Positions 9,801 to 18,943 of a stretch of 53,797 nucleotides of DNA are shown here, one piece after another. The stretch comes from Nitrososphaera sp. (GTDB lineage: Archaea; Thermoproteota; Nitrososphaeria; Nitrososphaerales; Nitrososphaeraceae). The DNA lies in the NCBI GenBank assembly GCA_036259955.1, contig DATAAU010000171.1:1-53797 (forward strand). The letters run 5' to 3'. Made by a program: the position numbers and the translations under genes. The notes under the pieces were generated by a model. The model was given only the letters and a program-made list of their open reading frames with translations, had not been told where the DNA came from and ran no database searches. The number at the start of each line of letters is the position of its first letter. Positions within the stretch are counted from its first letter, which is position 1.

Positions 9801-10016
9801 TCACTTTTGCTGCTTGTCTTTCTTGGATGACTGCCACCAGTCAAGGTACTCGTCGTGATGCTTTCTACGTGGATCTTCTTTTGATCTCTTGGCCTTGTCA
9901 CGCAACTCGTCTAACTTTTCAGAGGTCGCAAAGAGTCCGCAGCTTCTGCATATAAAGTTCTTGCTAGTAAGGTCATACTTTAGCTCCCCTCCACATTCGG
10001 GACAAAAACTTGCCAA
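9801..10016 (-). CDS. Small zinc-ribbon protein
   Basis: CPECGG and CRSCG pairs, charged tail with EYLDWW. Confidence 0.8.
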   Translation of the reverse strand: MASFCPECGGELKYDLTSKNFICRSCGLFATSEKLDELRDKAKRSKEDPRRKHHDEYLDWWQSSKKDKQQK

Positions 10017-10072
10017 TTGCTAGCCATATTCAGTTAGACCAATAAAAGGCTTTCAAGACCTGATAACGAGGA

Positions 10073-10522
10073 CTAGCAAGAGCTCATTTTATCGCGTTCA
10101 TCTTTATTTAACACGTTGTGAAGGTCCACTGTAATTGTCCCAAGGTCCGCATCGACTCTTGCCTTCCATCCCTGCTCTAACTGAGATAACAGACTTCCAT
10201 AGGGTAAGTTCAGAACTGGAATATTGGCTAAGGCACAACCCGAGGCTGTAGTGATGTCGACTCTGGAACAAACAACTGCATTTGGTGCATTCCCATACTC
10301 CTTCAGAGAGTATATCACATATGCACCAACACTGCTTCCGATTGCGTAAGGGAGTATGAGTATTGACCGTTTAAGTGACTTGCCATACAGCTCATGCAAG
10401 GGATCTGTTATTGTACCGTTCTTGGCATTGACCATCGCAAGAAAATTTATCGGCTGGGTCGTGACAAGTATTTTTCCCTCACCAGTACCTCCTACAATTT
10501 TACGACAATTAGAAATTATCAC
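10073..10522 (-). CDS. Aconitase X small (swivel, DUF126) subunit; phosphomevalonate dehydratase small subunit
   Basis: GTITDPLHELYGKS and catalytic GSSVG motif. Overlaps the large-subunit stop. Confidence 0.88.
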   Translation of the reverse strand: MIISNCRKIVGGTGEGKILVTTQPINFLAMVNAKNGTITDPLHELYGKSLKRSILILPYAIGSSVGAYVIYSLKEYGNAPNAVVCSRVDITTASGCALANIPVLNLPYGSLLSQLEQGWKARVDADLGTITVDLHNVLNKDERDKMSSC

Positions 10523-11670
10523 CTCGTATACTCCTCTGCGATTGTCTTGATGTCTTTGAGCGCAACTTTCACTTTATTGGACCTGGATAGGTAATATGCT
10601 CCCTTAATGCTGTTTGTAATCACTGAATCATATTTGTCTTTAGTAATGTATGGTGTGAGACATGTGCAGGAATCGCATCTAAATTCCGCTCCCGACTTTT
10701 CAATCTTCTCTGCAACACCTACCTTCACCGAGTTATTATAGACTGCCCGCGAACAAAAAATAATACTGCGCCTTGTAAATTTTTTCGCTTCAGTGAGCTC
10801 TGCAAGTAGATTCAGCTCGTTCATGCCCAGTTGTGGGCTACCAAGAGCGATAATGTCTCCATCGTTAGCGCTGCTAAGCTCATCCCTAACTGACTGGGCT
10901 TCTTTTTTCCCAAATGTGATTTTTTCTTTCACTTTTCCTCCAAAATAGAACATGCCACAGGATCCTGATGTCCCAATTGCTGCACAAAGGGCTTTTGCCT
11001 GGATAGTGTTTACTTTATTGATGCTGCTAAACGCAACACAGCTATCTTTTACCTCCTTGCCAGCAAAATATCCTAAAAGGCCGTAGTCAAGCTCATTCAT
11101 AAAATCAAAGTCAGATTCGACTGCAATCTTGGGGTTCCTATACTCTTCAAGGCGAAGATCAGAGAGAGGAGTCTTGCCAGTTACTGCACTTGCCAGTGCC
11201 GAAAGTGCACTTTCTTTATTTGTCGTTAATCCCAAAATTGAATTTGAAAATACTGCAGCGTTGCTTTCTGCAAAGCTAACGGCTGTGCCTTTTTGGGGAA
11301 TATCAAAAACTTCATAAGGTGTACATGTAAAAGACGGCAGGGCACCCATTCGTTCATATGATCTAGCAATGTTTTCCTGTCTCTCTCGAAAATTGTGAGG
11401 GATGTCCTCAGGCTTACTCCTGTCATATCCCATTGGGTTTATTGTGGTTCTTATTGAGAACTTGGCCGCAGTACTGTATTTTTCAAGGAACCGCATGCCC
11501 TCATCTCCTATGGTATTATAGTTAACGCCAGAGATATGGGCCCATTTTGTTGGGACTAGCTTTTGTGCATCTGTGGCCTCCGCTATTGCAACTAGAATCC
11601 TGTAGGCGGTGGCAAGTGGTTCACCGTACTCGCCGTTAAGCGCTTTTTCCTCATCCCTGGCAAGCTCCAT
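10519..11670 (-). CDS. Aconitase X large (DUF521) subunit; phosphomevalonate dehydratase large subunit
   Basis: AHISGVNYNTIG, TTINP, TCTPY, AESNA..FSNSILG..TN.ES and ITNS.KGAYY motifs. Confidence 0.9.
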   Translation of the reverse strand: MELARDEEKALNGEYGEPLATAYRILVAIAEATDAQKLVPTKWAHISGVNYNTIGDEGMRFLEKYSTAAKFSIRTTINPMGYDRSKPEDIPHNFRERQENIARSYERMGALPSFTCTPYEVFDIPQKGTAVSFAESNAAVFSNSILGLTTNKESALSALASAVTGKTPLSDLRLEEYRNPKIAVESDFDFMNELDYGLLGYFAGKEVKDSCVAFSSINKVNTIQAKALCAAIGTSGSCGMFYFGGKVKEKITFGKKEAQSVRDELSSANDGDIIALGSPQLGMNELNLLAELTEAKKFTRRSIIFCSRAVYNNSVKVGVAEKIEKSGAEFRCDSCTCLTPYITKDKYDSVITNSIKGAYYLSRSNKVKVALKDIKTIAEEYTR

Positions 11671-11847
11671 GCACCTACAATTGAGAATTTAGCGTATAAG
11701 AATCATTATAGCCTGTGAATTATCGATCTAACTTATTTTTTAGAAAACAACAAAAAAGCATCAAGAATAAAGAGCGATTCAATCAGCCACATATGTATAC
11801 ATGCGTCTGTGGGGCGGGAGTGTTTTTAAACAGAAGAGGAATAACAC

Positions 11848-12051
11848 CTAATTTCTGGCTCTTCGTTTAGCAATGATCGATGCTGTCATATAAAGTACAA
11901 ATCCGCAGGTCACAATTATTACCCCATAAAGGGACAGGGCACCTCTTTCAAGGTATTGCCCAAATGCAACCAGCAGAGCGCCCATTATCAAAAGACCAAT
12001 TCCTGCTCGCGCAGAACCGGGCATCTGAATCTTCTTCTTTTTTTTGGACAA
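11848..12051 (-). CDS. Small 2-TM membrane protein
   Basis: Two hydrophobic helices flanked by basic ends. Start uncertain (TTG 12051 or ATG 12024). Confidence 0.65.
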   Translation of the reverse strand: MSKKKKKIQMPGSARAGIGLLIMGALLVAFGQYLERGALSLYGVIIVTCGFVLYMTASIIAKRRARN

Positions 12052-12124
12052 TGGTGCATCTAGGATTTCAAGACTACATAATGTTATAGTTTTTATTGAA
12101 TTCTTGGCAAGATAAAACAACGGA

Positions 12125-13147
12125 ATGAAAATTGCAGTCGTCGGAATTGGGGTCGCAGGTGCATACCTGATGAACAGGCTAAGCGATGATCACAGCAATC
12201 ATGTAGTGGGATTCGAACGGATGCCTAAGAATGATCACGATGCAGTATGCGCTTGGGCAACCTGTCGAAACGTAATGGTCGGCCTCACACGAAAATGTGG
12301 TCTTAATTTCGACGACTATGTTTTGCATGATGGCCGACACATGCAGGTAGCCCTAGAGGAGAATGGGAGCATTGACATCCAGCTCAAGGGAATGGTAAGC
12401 TATGACAAGCTGCGTCTGATCCAGGATATGATAAGGGGTACGGAAATAAAGTTTGGAAGAACGCCGAGGAAGGACGAGCTAGAATCTGACTTTGATCTCA
12501 TTATCGATTCAACCGGATTTCACCGCAACTATCTACCGCGGCTTGAAAACGAGACTTGGATTCCCTGTGTGCAGTACAAAGTTCGCTATCCCCGGGGTCG
12601 GGAACCTTTTGATGATTTCTATCTGCAATCATTCCCTTCTATGACCGGTTACTTTTGGTATTTTCCTCTTGGCAATGGCGAAGCTCACATAGGTGCAGGC
12701 GATTTCTTGAAAAAGCACAATCCGTTTGTAAGTGATTTTTTGAATAAGCATGACTGTGAAATAATAAAAAAGGTAGGAAGGCCGGTCAGATTGACTCCAC
12801 CTGAAAACTGCGAGCCCTTTACTGACGGTCGAAAATCAATAGGTGCAGGTGAATCTATAGGTACCGTTTATCCTCTGTTAGGCGAGGGCATAATTCCATC
12901 AACTTGGTGTGCTGATCTCCTTGTGCAAAATCTCTATGATATGTCAGCATATCGCAGGGCGGTCCTAGAAAAGTTTAGGATATATTCTCTTGTCTTCAAA
13001 TTCATTAAGCTAAAGATAACAGGCAAGTTCAACATGATAAAGGACGGGATGGATATGTTCAAGCTATACCGTCATATGAAGGGTGAAGAGGAGCGATATG
13101 GCATGAAGGTTAGAATGAGCGACATGTTAAAGCTATCGCGAATCTAA
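12125..13147 (+). CDS. FAD-dependent oxidoreductase, geranylgeranyl reductase-like
   Basis: VVGIGVAG Rossmann motif, IIDSTG, GYFWYFP and GESIGTVYPLLGEGI. Confidence 0.85.
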   Translation: MKIAVVGIGVAGAYLMNRLSDDHSNHVVGFERMPKNDHDAVCAWATCRNVMVGLTRKCGLNFDDYVLHDGRHMQVALEENGSIDIQLKGMVSYDKLRLIQDMIRGTEIKFGRTPRKDELESDFDLIIDSTGFHRNYLPRLENETWIPCVQYKVRYPRGREPFDDFYLQSFPSMTGYFWYFPLGNGEAHIGAGDFLKKHNPFVSDFLNKHDCEIIKKVGRPVRLTPPENCEPFTDGRKSIGAGESIGTVYPLLGEGIIPSTWCADLLVQNLYDMSAYRRAVLEKFRIYSLVFKFIKLKITGKFNMIKDGMDMFKLYRHMKGEEERYGMKVRMSDMLKLSRI

Positions 13148-13171
13148 AGCTTTAAAAATCTATCACGATGA

Positions 13172-13642
13172 GTGAATTTAATGAGTGCAGCTAGCGATCA
13201 ATCTAGACAGCAGGAATTGGCAGCAATTGAACAGAGGATAAATGAATTAGTTCAGCAGTCAAGGATCCTTGAAGCATATATGAATGACGTCATGACACGG
13301 CAAGTAACAGTAAGCAAGCTACTGGAGGAGGCGCATCTAGCTTCAAACACGATTCAAACCATCACCGCTGAGTCGGACGTCGAGTCACTAATGCCAATAG
13401 GCATAGGCGTTTATGTCAAGACTGTGGTTCCTCCTGTAAAGAAGTTACTCATTAACTTGGATGCTGGTGTAGCTCTTGAGAAGAGCAGAGAAGATGCCCT
13501 CAACTATGTGGAATCTAGGATAAAAGAGTATGAAGTAGCAGCAAGGCAACTTGAGGCTCAGAGACAGGAGATAACGATGCGTATTAACCAGCTGCAGTCA
13601 CAAATAAACCAGATGATTCAGGCTGCACAGCAGCACGGCTAA
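13172..13642 (+). CDS. pfdA: Prefoldin alpha subunit
   Basis: Coiled coils flanking the ESLMPIGIGVYV and LINLDAGVALEKS hairpins. Directly upstream of ftsY. Confidence 0.92.
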   Translation: MNLMSAASDQSRQQELAAIEQRINELVQQSRILEAYMNDVMTRQVTVSKLLEEAHLASNTIQTITAESDVESLMPIGIGVYVKTVVPPVKKLLINLDAGVALEKSREDALNYVESRIKEYEVAARQLEAQRQEITMRINQLQSQINQMIQAAQQHG

Positions 13643-15138
13643 TGTCTGTACTGGTTGGAAAAATTATGTTTGACAAACTAAAGAAGGCTTTTTCAAAAGC
13701 TGCCAAGGGCATAGCTCAAAAAGAGCTTACCGAAAAGGTTCTTGACGATATATTACTAGACCTTCAGATCGCGCTTTTGGAAAGCGATGTAGCACAGGAA
13801 GTAGTTGACGACCTATCTGTGAAATTAAAAAAAGATCTCCTTGGATTAAAGGTAGAAAAAGAGCAGGAAGCAGCTGGGATAGTCCAGTCGAAATTGCAAG
13901 CTGCATTAGCTGAGATTTTTGCACAAACCAATAGGTTTGACTTAATTGAAAGAATAAAGATGAAAAAGGACGCTAGGGGCGGACCTTTTGTAGTTGTTTT
14001 CCTTGGCATCAACGGAACGGGCAAAACAACCACTGTTGCAAAGATAGCAAGCCTTCTACGAAAGGCCGGCTTTTCAGTAGTGGTGGCCGCGGGCGACACC
14101 CATAGAGCAGGGGCTATCGAGCAGCTCGAACAACATGCAAATAGGCTATCTCTTAAGATAGTCAAACAGAGATATGGAGCTGACCCATCGTCAGTAGGCC
14201 GCGATGCATATGATCATGCAAAAAAGAATCATATTGATATAGTTCTGCTGGACACTGCTGGTCGAATGCAGACCTCAAAGAACTTGATGGATGAAATGGG
14301 CAAGATAGTGAGAGTGGTTAAGCCTGACGTAAAATTGTTCATTGGCGACGCACTTGCTGGCAATGATACTATAAGCCAGGCGAGGGAATTTTTTCAATAC
14401 ACGAATTTTGATGGTGCTATCTTAACCAAGGTAGATGCTGATGCCAAGGGAGGCTCTGCAATTTCAATTGCGCATATTACTTCGAGACCCATTGTATACA
14501 TTGGTGTCGGACAGAGCTATGATGATATTATCCCTTTTGACTCTAGCAAATTTATCAGTTCGTTATTTGAGAGCGGCGTGGAGCCAGGTATAAGTGTCCA
14601 GGGGGCAACATCTTTGCAAAATACTCCCGAATCGACACCAGAATTAGCTAGATCAGAGAATGTACAAATCGCTAGGGAAGAGGAAAAAGACGTATTATTG
14701 CTATCTCAGCCTTCTGAAAAACCGTTCAACTCTCTCGACAAAACTGCCCTTCGGGAGGAGGAAGAGGTGGAGGAGGAGGATCAGAGACAGGCACAGGAAC
14801 TTGAAACGAATCCTGTTTTGCATCACCTTCCGCCGTCACCAGTGAAAGAGGAGCAGCCAAAGGAAAAAAAGAGCAGATTTGGATTCTTTGGAAGGAAAAG
14901 GACCCAGGAGGACGGTAACAACAAAGAGAATAAGAAGCTAGAGAAGAAACACGAGCAGGAAGAAAAACTGCTAGAAGATGAGGAGAAGGCAGAAATTGTG
15001 AAGGTGAAGCAAGAACAGAGGCAGATCAGAGGCAAGGAAAGCGACCTCCGAGAAGATGATGATGAGACAAAACAGAAAGAAGGAGAAGAAAAGGTAGTCT
15101 ATCTAACAGATGAAGACATTGAAGATCTCCTTAAGTAA
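13642..15138 (+). CDS. ftsY: SRP receptor FtsY with long acidic C-terminal extension
   Basis: ALLESDV, GINGTGKTTT, DTHRAGA, DTAGR, TKVDADAKGG and GVGQ. The start may be ATG 13666 (MFDKLKK). Confidence 0.96.
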   Translation: MSVLVGKIMFDKLKKAFSKAAKGIAQKELTEKVLDDILLDLQIALLESDVAQEVVDDLSVKLKKDLLGLKVEKEQEAAGIVQSKLQAALAEIFAQTNRFDLIERIKMKKDARGGPFVVVFLGINGTGKTTTVAKIASLLRKAGFSVVVAAGDTHRAGAIEQLEQHANRLSLKIVKQRYGADPSSVGRDAYDHAKKNHIDIVLLDTAGRMQTSKNLMDEMGKIVRVVKPDVKLFIGDALAGNDTISQAREFFQYTNFDGAILTKVDADAKGGSAISIAHITSRPIVYIGVGQSYDDIIPFDSSKFISSLFESGVEPGISVQGATSLQNTPESTPELARSENVQIAREEEKDVLLLSQPSEKPFNSLDKTALREEEEVEEEDQRQAQELETNPVLHHLPPSPVKEEQPKEKKSRFGFFGRKRTQEDGNNKENKKLEKKHEQEEKLLEDEEKAEIVKVKQEQRQIRGKESDLREDDDETKQKEGEEKVVYLTDEDIEDLLK

Positions 15139-16063
15139 AAAAGATATCTTAAGCATCTCAGACTTGAGCACAAAAGAAATCAATACAGTCCTGAAGCTTG
15201 CGTCCAAGCTCAAGCATGAACAAAAGAGTGGCAAGGCTCGACCCTTACTGAGGGGGAAGATGCTTGGTATGATTTTCCAAAAACCATCGACTCGAACCAG
15301 AGTAAGTTTTGAAGCTGGCATGTTTCAGTTAGGAGGGGGTGCAATTTACCTTGGTGCAAATGATATCCAGCTATCTAGGGGAGAAACTATTGAAGATACG
15401 GCCAAAACGCTTTCACTATATTTGGATTGCATACTGGCACGAGTATATAACCACAAGGATGTTCAGAAGCTGGCGGGACATGCTTCGGTGCCAGTAATAA
15501 ACGGACTTTCGGACTCATTTCATCCATGCCAAGTTCTGGCTGACCTTATGACAATACAGGAGCAAAAGAAAAAATTAAAGGGATTACAACTTGCTTGGCT
15601 TGGAGATGGGGATAATGTATGCAGAGACCTTATGCTTGGTTGCGCCAAGACCGGCATAAACATGACTGCCGCGTGCCCAAAGGGCTACGAACCACCGAAA
15701 GACATTGTGACGCTTGCTAAGGCTGAAGGGAAAAAGATGGGAGTAGATATTGCGATAACTGAAGATGCAACTTCTGCGGTGAAAGATGCAGACATCATAG
15801 CGACAGACACTTTCATCTCTATCGGTAAGGAAGACGAGCGCACGACCCGAGAGTCAATATTTCTACCAAAGTATCAAGTGAATATTGACACTATGAAGCT
15901 TGCAAAAAGCGATGTAATATTCATGCATTGTCTGCCAGCGAAGCGCGGTATGGAAGTGACTGCCGAAGTTATTGATGGCAAGTGGTCGGTTGTATGGCAG
16001 GAAGCAGAAAACAGATTACATACACAAAAGGCGCTACTCTGTCTTCTGATGACAGCAACATAG
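15110..16063 (+). CDS. argF: Ornithine carbamoyltransferase
   Basis: STRTR, HPCQ, HCLP and EAENRLH motifs. Confidence 0.96.
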   Translation: MKTLKISLSKKDILSISDLSTKEINTVLKLASKLKHEQKSGKARPLLRGKMLGMIFQKPSTRTRVSFEAGMFQLGGGAIYLGANDIQLSRGETIEDTAKTLSLYLDCILARVYNHKDVQKLAGHASVPVINGLSDSFHPCQVLADLMTIQEQKKKLKGLQLAWLGDGDNVCRDLMLGCAKTGINMTAACPKGYEPPKDIVTLAKAEGKKMGVDIAITEDATSAVKDADIIATDTFISIGKEDERTTRESIFLPKYQVNIDTMKLAKSDVIFMHCLPAKRGMEVTAEVIDGKWSVVWQEAENRLHTQKALLCLLMTAT

Positions 16064-16066
16064 TAG

Positions 16067-16738
16067 TTATTGTTTTGCAGAAGTCCTTCTGCTGCGCTTG
16101 GTATACCAAAAACCAACGGCCACAATTGCTGCGGCTATAAGTATGAAGGTGACGATAGTAAACGCGGATGATAGCTGATCCGAAAAGTTGGTCCACGCTT
16201 CTCCCAGATAATATCCTACAAGCGTCAAGATAACGCACCACAAAAGCGAGCCTGCGAATGTATAGCCAACAAATTTTGCAAGATTCATGCGGCTTATTCC
16301 TGCAGGTATTGAGATTATCTCACGGATACCTGGAATCATCCTTGCCGTAAATACTGCAATTGAGCCATATTTTTCAAACCATCTCTCGGCCTTTTCGATC
16401 TCTTGCTCGCTTATCCTGACTCGTTTGCCAAAGCGCATGATTGCAGTTCTTCCGACCTTGGCAGATACAAAATAGATTAGTACAGCCCCTACCGTCGACC
16501 CAAGTGCGCCTACAGTCGCCATGCCAATTGTATTTTCAAGCCCAAGTCCTCTATTTTGGGCAATAAAACCCACAAGTGGAAAGATCACTTCGCTTGGAAT
16601 AGGAGGAAAGATCACTTCAAGAAAAGCTGCCGCAAAGACTGCAGGGTATCCATACTCCCCTATCAGGACACTTACTGCGTCAACTATGCCGCTCAAAGTT
16701 CCACCTGACACAAAAGCCACAAGGATGGTAACAGCCAT
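16067..16738 (-). CDS. DedA-family membrane protein
   Basis: LEVIFPPIPSE, FEKYG and ARMIPGIR..ISIPAG. Confidence 0.93.
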   Translation of the reverse strand: MAVTILVAFVSGGTLSGIVDAVSVLIGEYGYPAVFAAAFLEVIFPPIPSEVIFPLVGFIAQNRGLGLENTIGMATVGALGSTVGAVLIYFVSAKVGRTAIMRFGKRVRISEQEIEKAERWFEKYGSIAVFTARMIPGIREIISIPAGISRMNLAKFVGYTFAGSLLWCVILTLVGYYLGEAWTNFSDQLSSAFTIVTFILIAAAIVAVGFWYTKRSRRTSAKQ

Positions 16739-16861
16739 TGCTACTATTTCCTGTTGTTAGACGGCATATATTTGGTGTACACCCAAACTTTTTTGTCTTA
16801 TCCCTCCCTCTCCCCACGGTGCCTGCCTAGTTATAAGCTGCCTTTCGTGACTTCAAGAATA

Positions 16862-17068
16862 TTGACATGCAAGAACCTATGTGTTAGATTGGTCCCAGAT
16901 GGAGGTCGAGTGCAAAACCCATATCAGAAGGGATTAAGATACTGTCGTAGATGCGAAGTATATTTTAAATGCAACGATAGCCACTGTGTTTGCTGCGGGC
17001 TCCACCTTCGATTTACCCCCGTCCACCCTCTTGCTAAGAAAAAAGCTGAGATAATCGGATACTACTGA
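16862..17068 (+). CDS. Small Cys-rich zinc-finger protein, paralog of 5996-6259
   Basis: From TTG 16862: MTCKNLC..YCRRCEVYF..CVCCGLHLRFTP aligns with MTCKGIC..RCQICEIFI..CPCCGYRLRTKP. Confidence 0.75.
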   Translation: MTCKNLCVRLVPDGGRVQNPYQKGLRYCRRCEVYFKCNDSHCVCCGLHLRFTPVHPLAKKKAEIIGYY

Positions 17069-17285
17069 AAATTGGAAAAAGCACTATATGATAAAAGTTA
17101 GCAACACGTTGGAACGTGCTGTATGAGGGCCTCGCAATAACTGATCCAATGCGCCCTTTGCTGTACAGCATGTAATAATCGCAAGTAACAAAGTTTGTCC
17201 AGCTGAAATATTATACTACTTCAAACAATTCCTCACTTACATGCCCGTGAAATTAAAATAATGGCATATTTTCAAGTTTCTGCGT

Positions 17286-17594
17286 ATGGCAAAGGTAATG
17301 GTTGGTAAGGCTACAGACATTGGAGAGGGCAAGATGGTGCATCTCACAGCGGGAGGCAAGGACATACTTATAGCGAATATAGGGGGTCAGTTTTATGCTA
17401 CAGGCAACACTTGCACCCATGCCGGAGCGGAGCTTCACGAGGGCGATCTGAATGGAAAAGAGCTGGTCTGTCCCTGGCACCGTGCTAAATGGGATGTTAC
17501 CACTGGCAATTTACTCTGGTTCCCACAAAAACTGCGTGAGCTCGGCCACTACAAGGTTACGATCGAGAACGACACAATGTACGTAGAGGTATAA
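17286..17594 (+). CDS. Rieske [2Fe-2S] ferredoxin
   Basis: CTH and CPWH Rieske ligands, 102 aa. Confidence 0.93.
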   Translation: MAKVMVGKATDIGEGKMVHLTAGGKDILIANIGGQFYATGNTCTHAGAELHEGDLNGKELVCPWHRAKWDVTTGNLLWFPQKLRELGHYKVTIENDTMYVEV

Positions 17595-17959
17595 GTACAC
17601 CTTTATTTTTTATTTGTGAAACGACTTTTGATAGTATCTTTACTAGATTGTGCCATGCCAATACTGTAATGCAGTCGTATGTAACCAGCAGGGTTGTAAT
17701 GATGATATAGCATAGTTATAATTTAAACAAGAACCCGCCGCTTGCAACGCTTGAATTGGCTGAATATATGATGTTCCCTCTACACTGAATGAACCTATTA
17801 TGGGCCGATTATGGGGGCAACTCATCTCTGATTCGATTCCCCTATTCATACCCCTAAGATAGTCACGTCACATCATTTCTGTGGACGGTCAAGGATCTAA
17901 AGTGGTCAACTTTACTTTTTATTAGAGAAAAAAAAGAGAAAGAGTAAAGTGAGCTATAC

Positions 17960-18721
17960 TTGGAATTAGGGGATTTCTTATCGTCTCTGCCCCAGACCGT
18001 GATTAAAGGCGAGAGGGTTTCTCTTACCGATAATGTAGTACGAAAGATATTCAAATTTGCCAAATTAAAAAAGAGCGATGTATTCTTCCACCTTGGCTGT
18101 GGAGAAGGCAACGCTGTCGACATTGCAGCCAAAGAATTTGGTGTTAAAAAATCTGTAGGTGTGGAGGTTGACAAATCTATATCTGACACAGCTAGGAGGA
18201 AAATTTCCGGCATTACTAACGCTTACATAATAAATGCAGATGTGCGCCGAGCCGATATCTCTGATGCTACTGTTTTGCTATTCTGGTTCAATGATCCAGA
18301 CATAGTGGATGCTATGACAAAACGATTCAGAAAAGAGCTGATGGATGGTGCTAGGGTAATAACTATATGGGCTCCGCTTGGCATGACGATTCCAGATAAA
18401 GTCGAGTTTCCATTTCTGATTAATAAAAAACCCTTCAAGAAAGCTAAGACTATACAGGAACAAATAAGGTCAATATATGGAACAGATTGCATTGACTTTA
18501 CTGCTTCTTGGCTCCTTGCAGAAAGATACATTGATGCACTTGAAGTCACGCCTCCTGCGTACAGGCGGTTTGTCAACATATTACAGAGCATGGTGATATG
18601 GATAAACGCTTGGAATATGAACGTCGCATGTGAAAATGAAGTCCCACCGCCAGTCCAGACATACTCTGGGATACTTAAGACATTCTTTAACATAGACATA
18701 TCTAGTATGATGGAAAAATAG
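17960..18721 (+). CDS. Class I SAM-dependent methyltransferase (DOT1-like N-domain plus helical C-domain)
   Basis: DVFFHLGCGEG, GVEVD, ADISDATV and GARVIT. Confidence 0.85.
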   Translation: MELGDFLSSLPQTVIKGERVSLTDNVVRKIFKFAKLKKSDVFFHLGCGEGNAVDIAAKEFGVKKSVGVEVDKSISDTARRKISGITNAYIINADVRRADISDATVLLFWFNDPDIVDAMTKRFRKELMDGARVITIWAPLGMTIPDKVEFPFLINKKPFKKAKTIQEQIRSIYGTDCIDFTASWLLAERYIDALEVTPPAYRRFVNILQSMVIWINAWNMNVACENEVPPPVQTYSGILKTFFNIDISSMMEK

Positions 18722-18943
18722 TCGCTGCTGTTATCTGGCGTGTTATCAAAAGAGAGCGATAAAAATTTTATCAGTAGTATGATACTATTGTACTGTCCTG
18801 ATTGGAATTATAGGCTGAAGAGAAAACCTTGCTATCTCCTTTCAATACTATAATCCATGTAGAAGACTTTCATTAATATTGGTAATTGAAAAGTACTGTG
18901 TGTAAAGATAATGATAGACTAGGAATTTGGTGTTGTATAGAAT

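Noticed and set aside
17105-17171. Possible hairpins (CACGTT-GG-AACGTG; CGTGCTGTA/TACAGCATG) as an sRNA
   Set aside because: Short imperfect stems with no family signature or second copy. Compatible with chance or a terminator.
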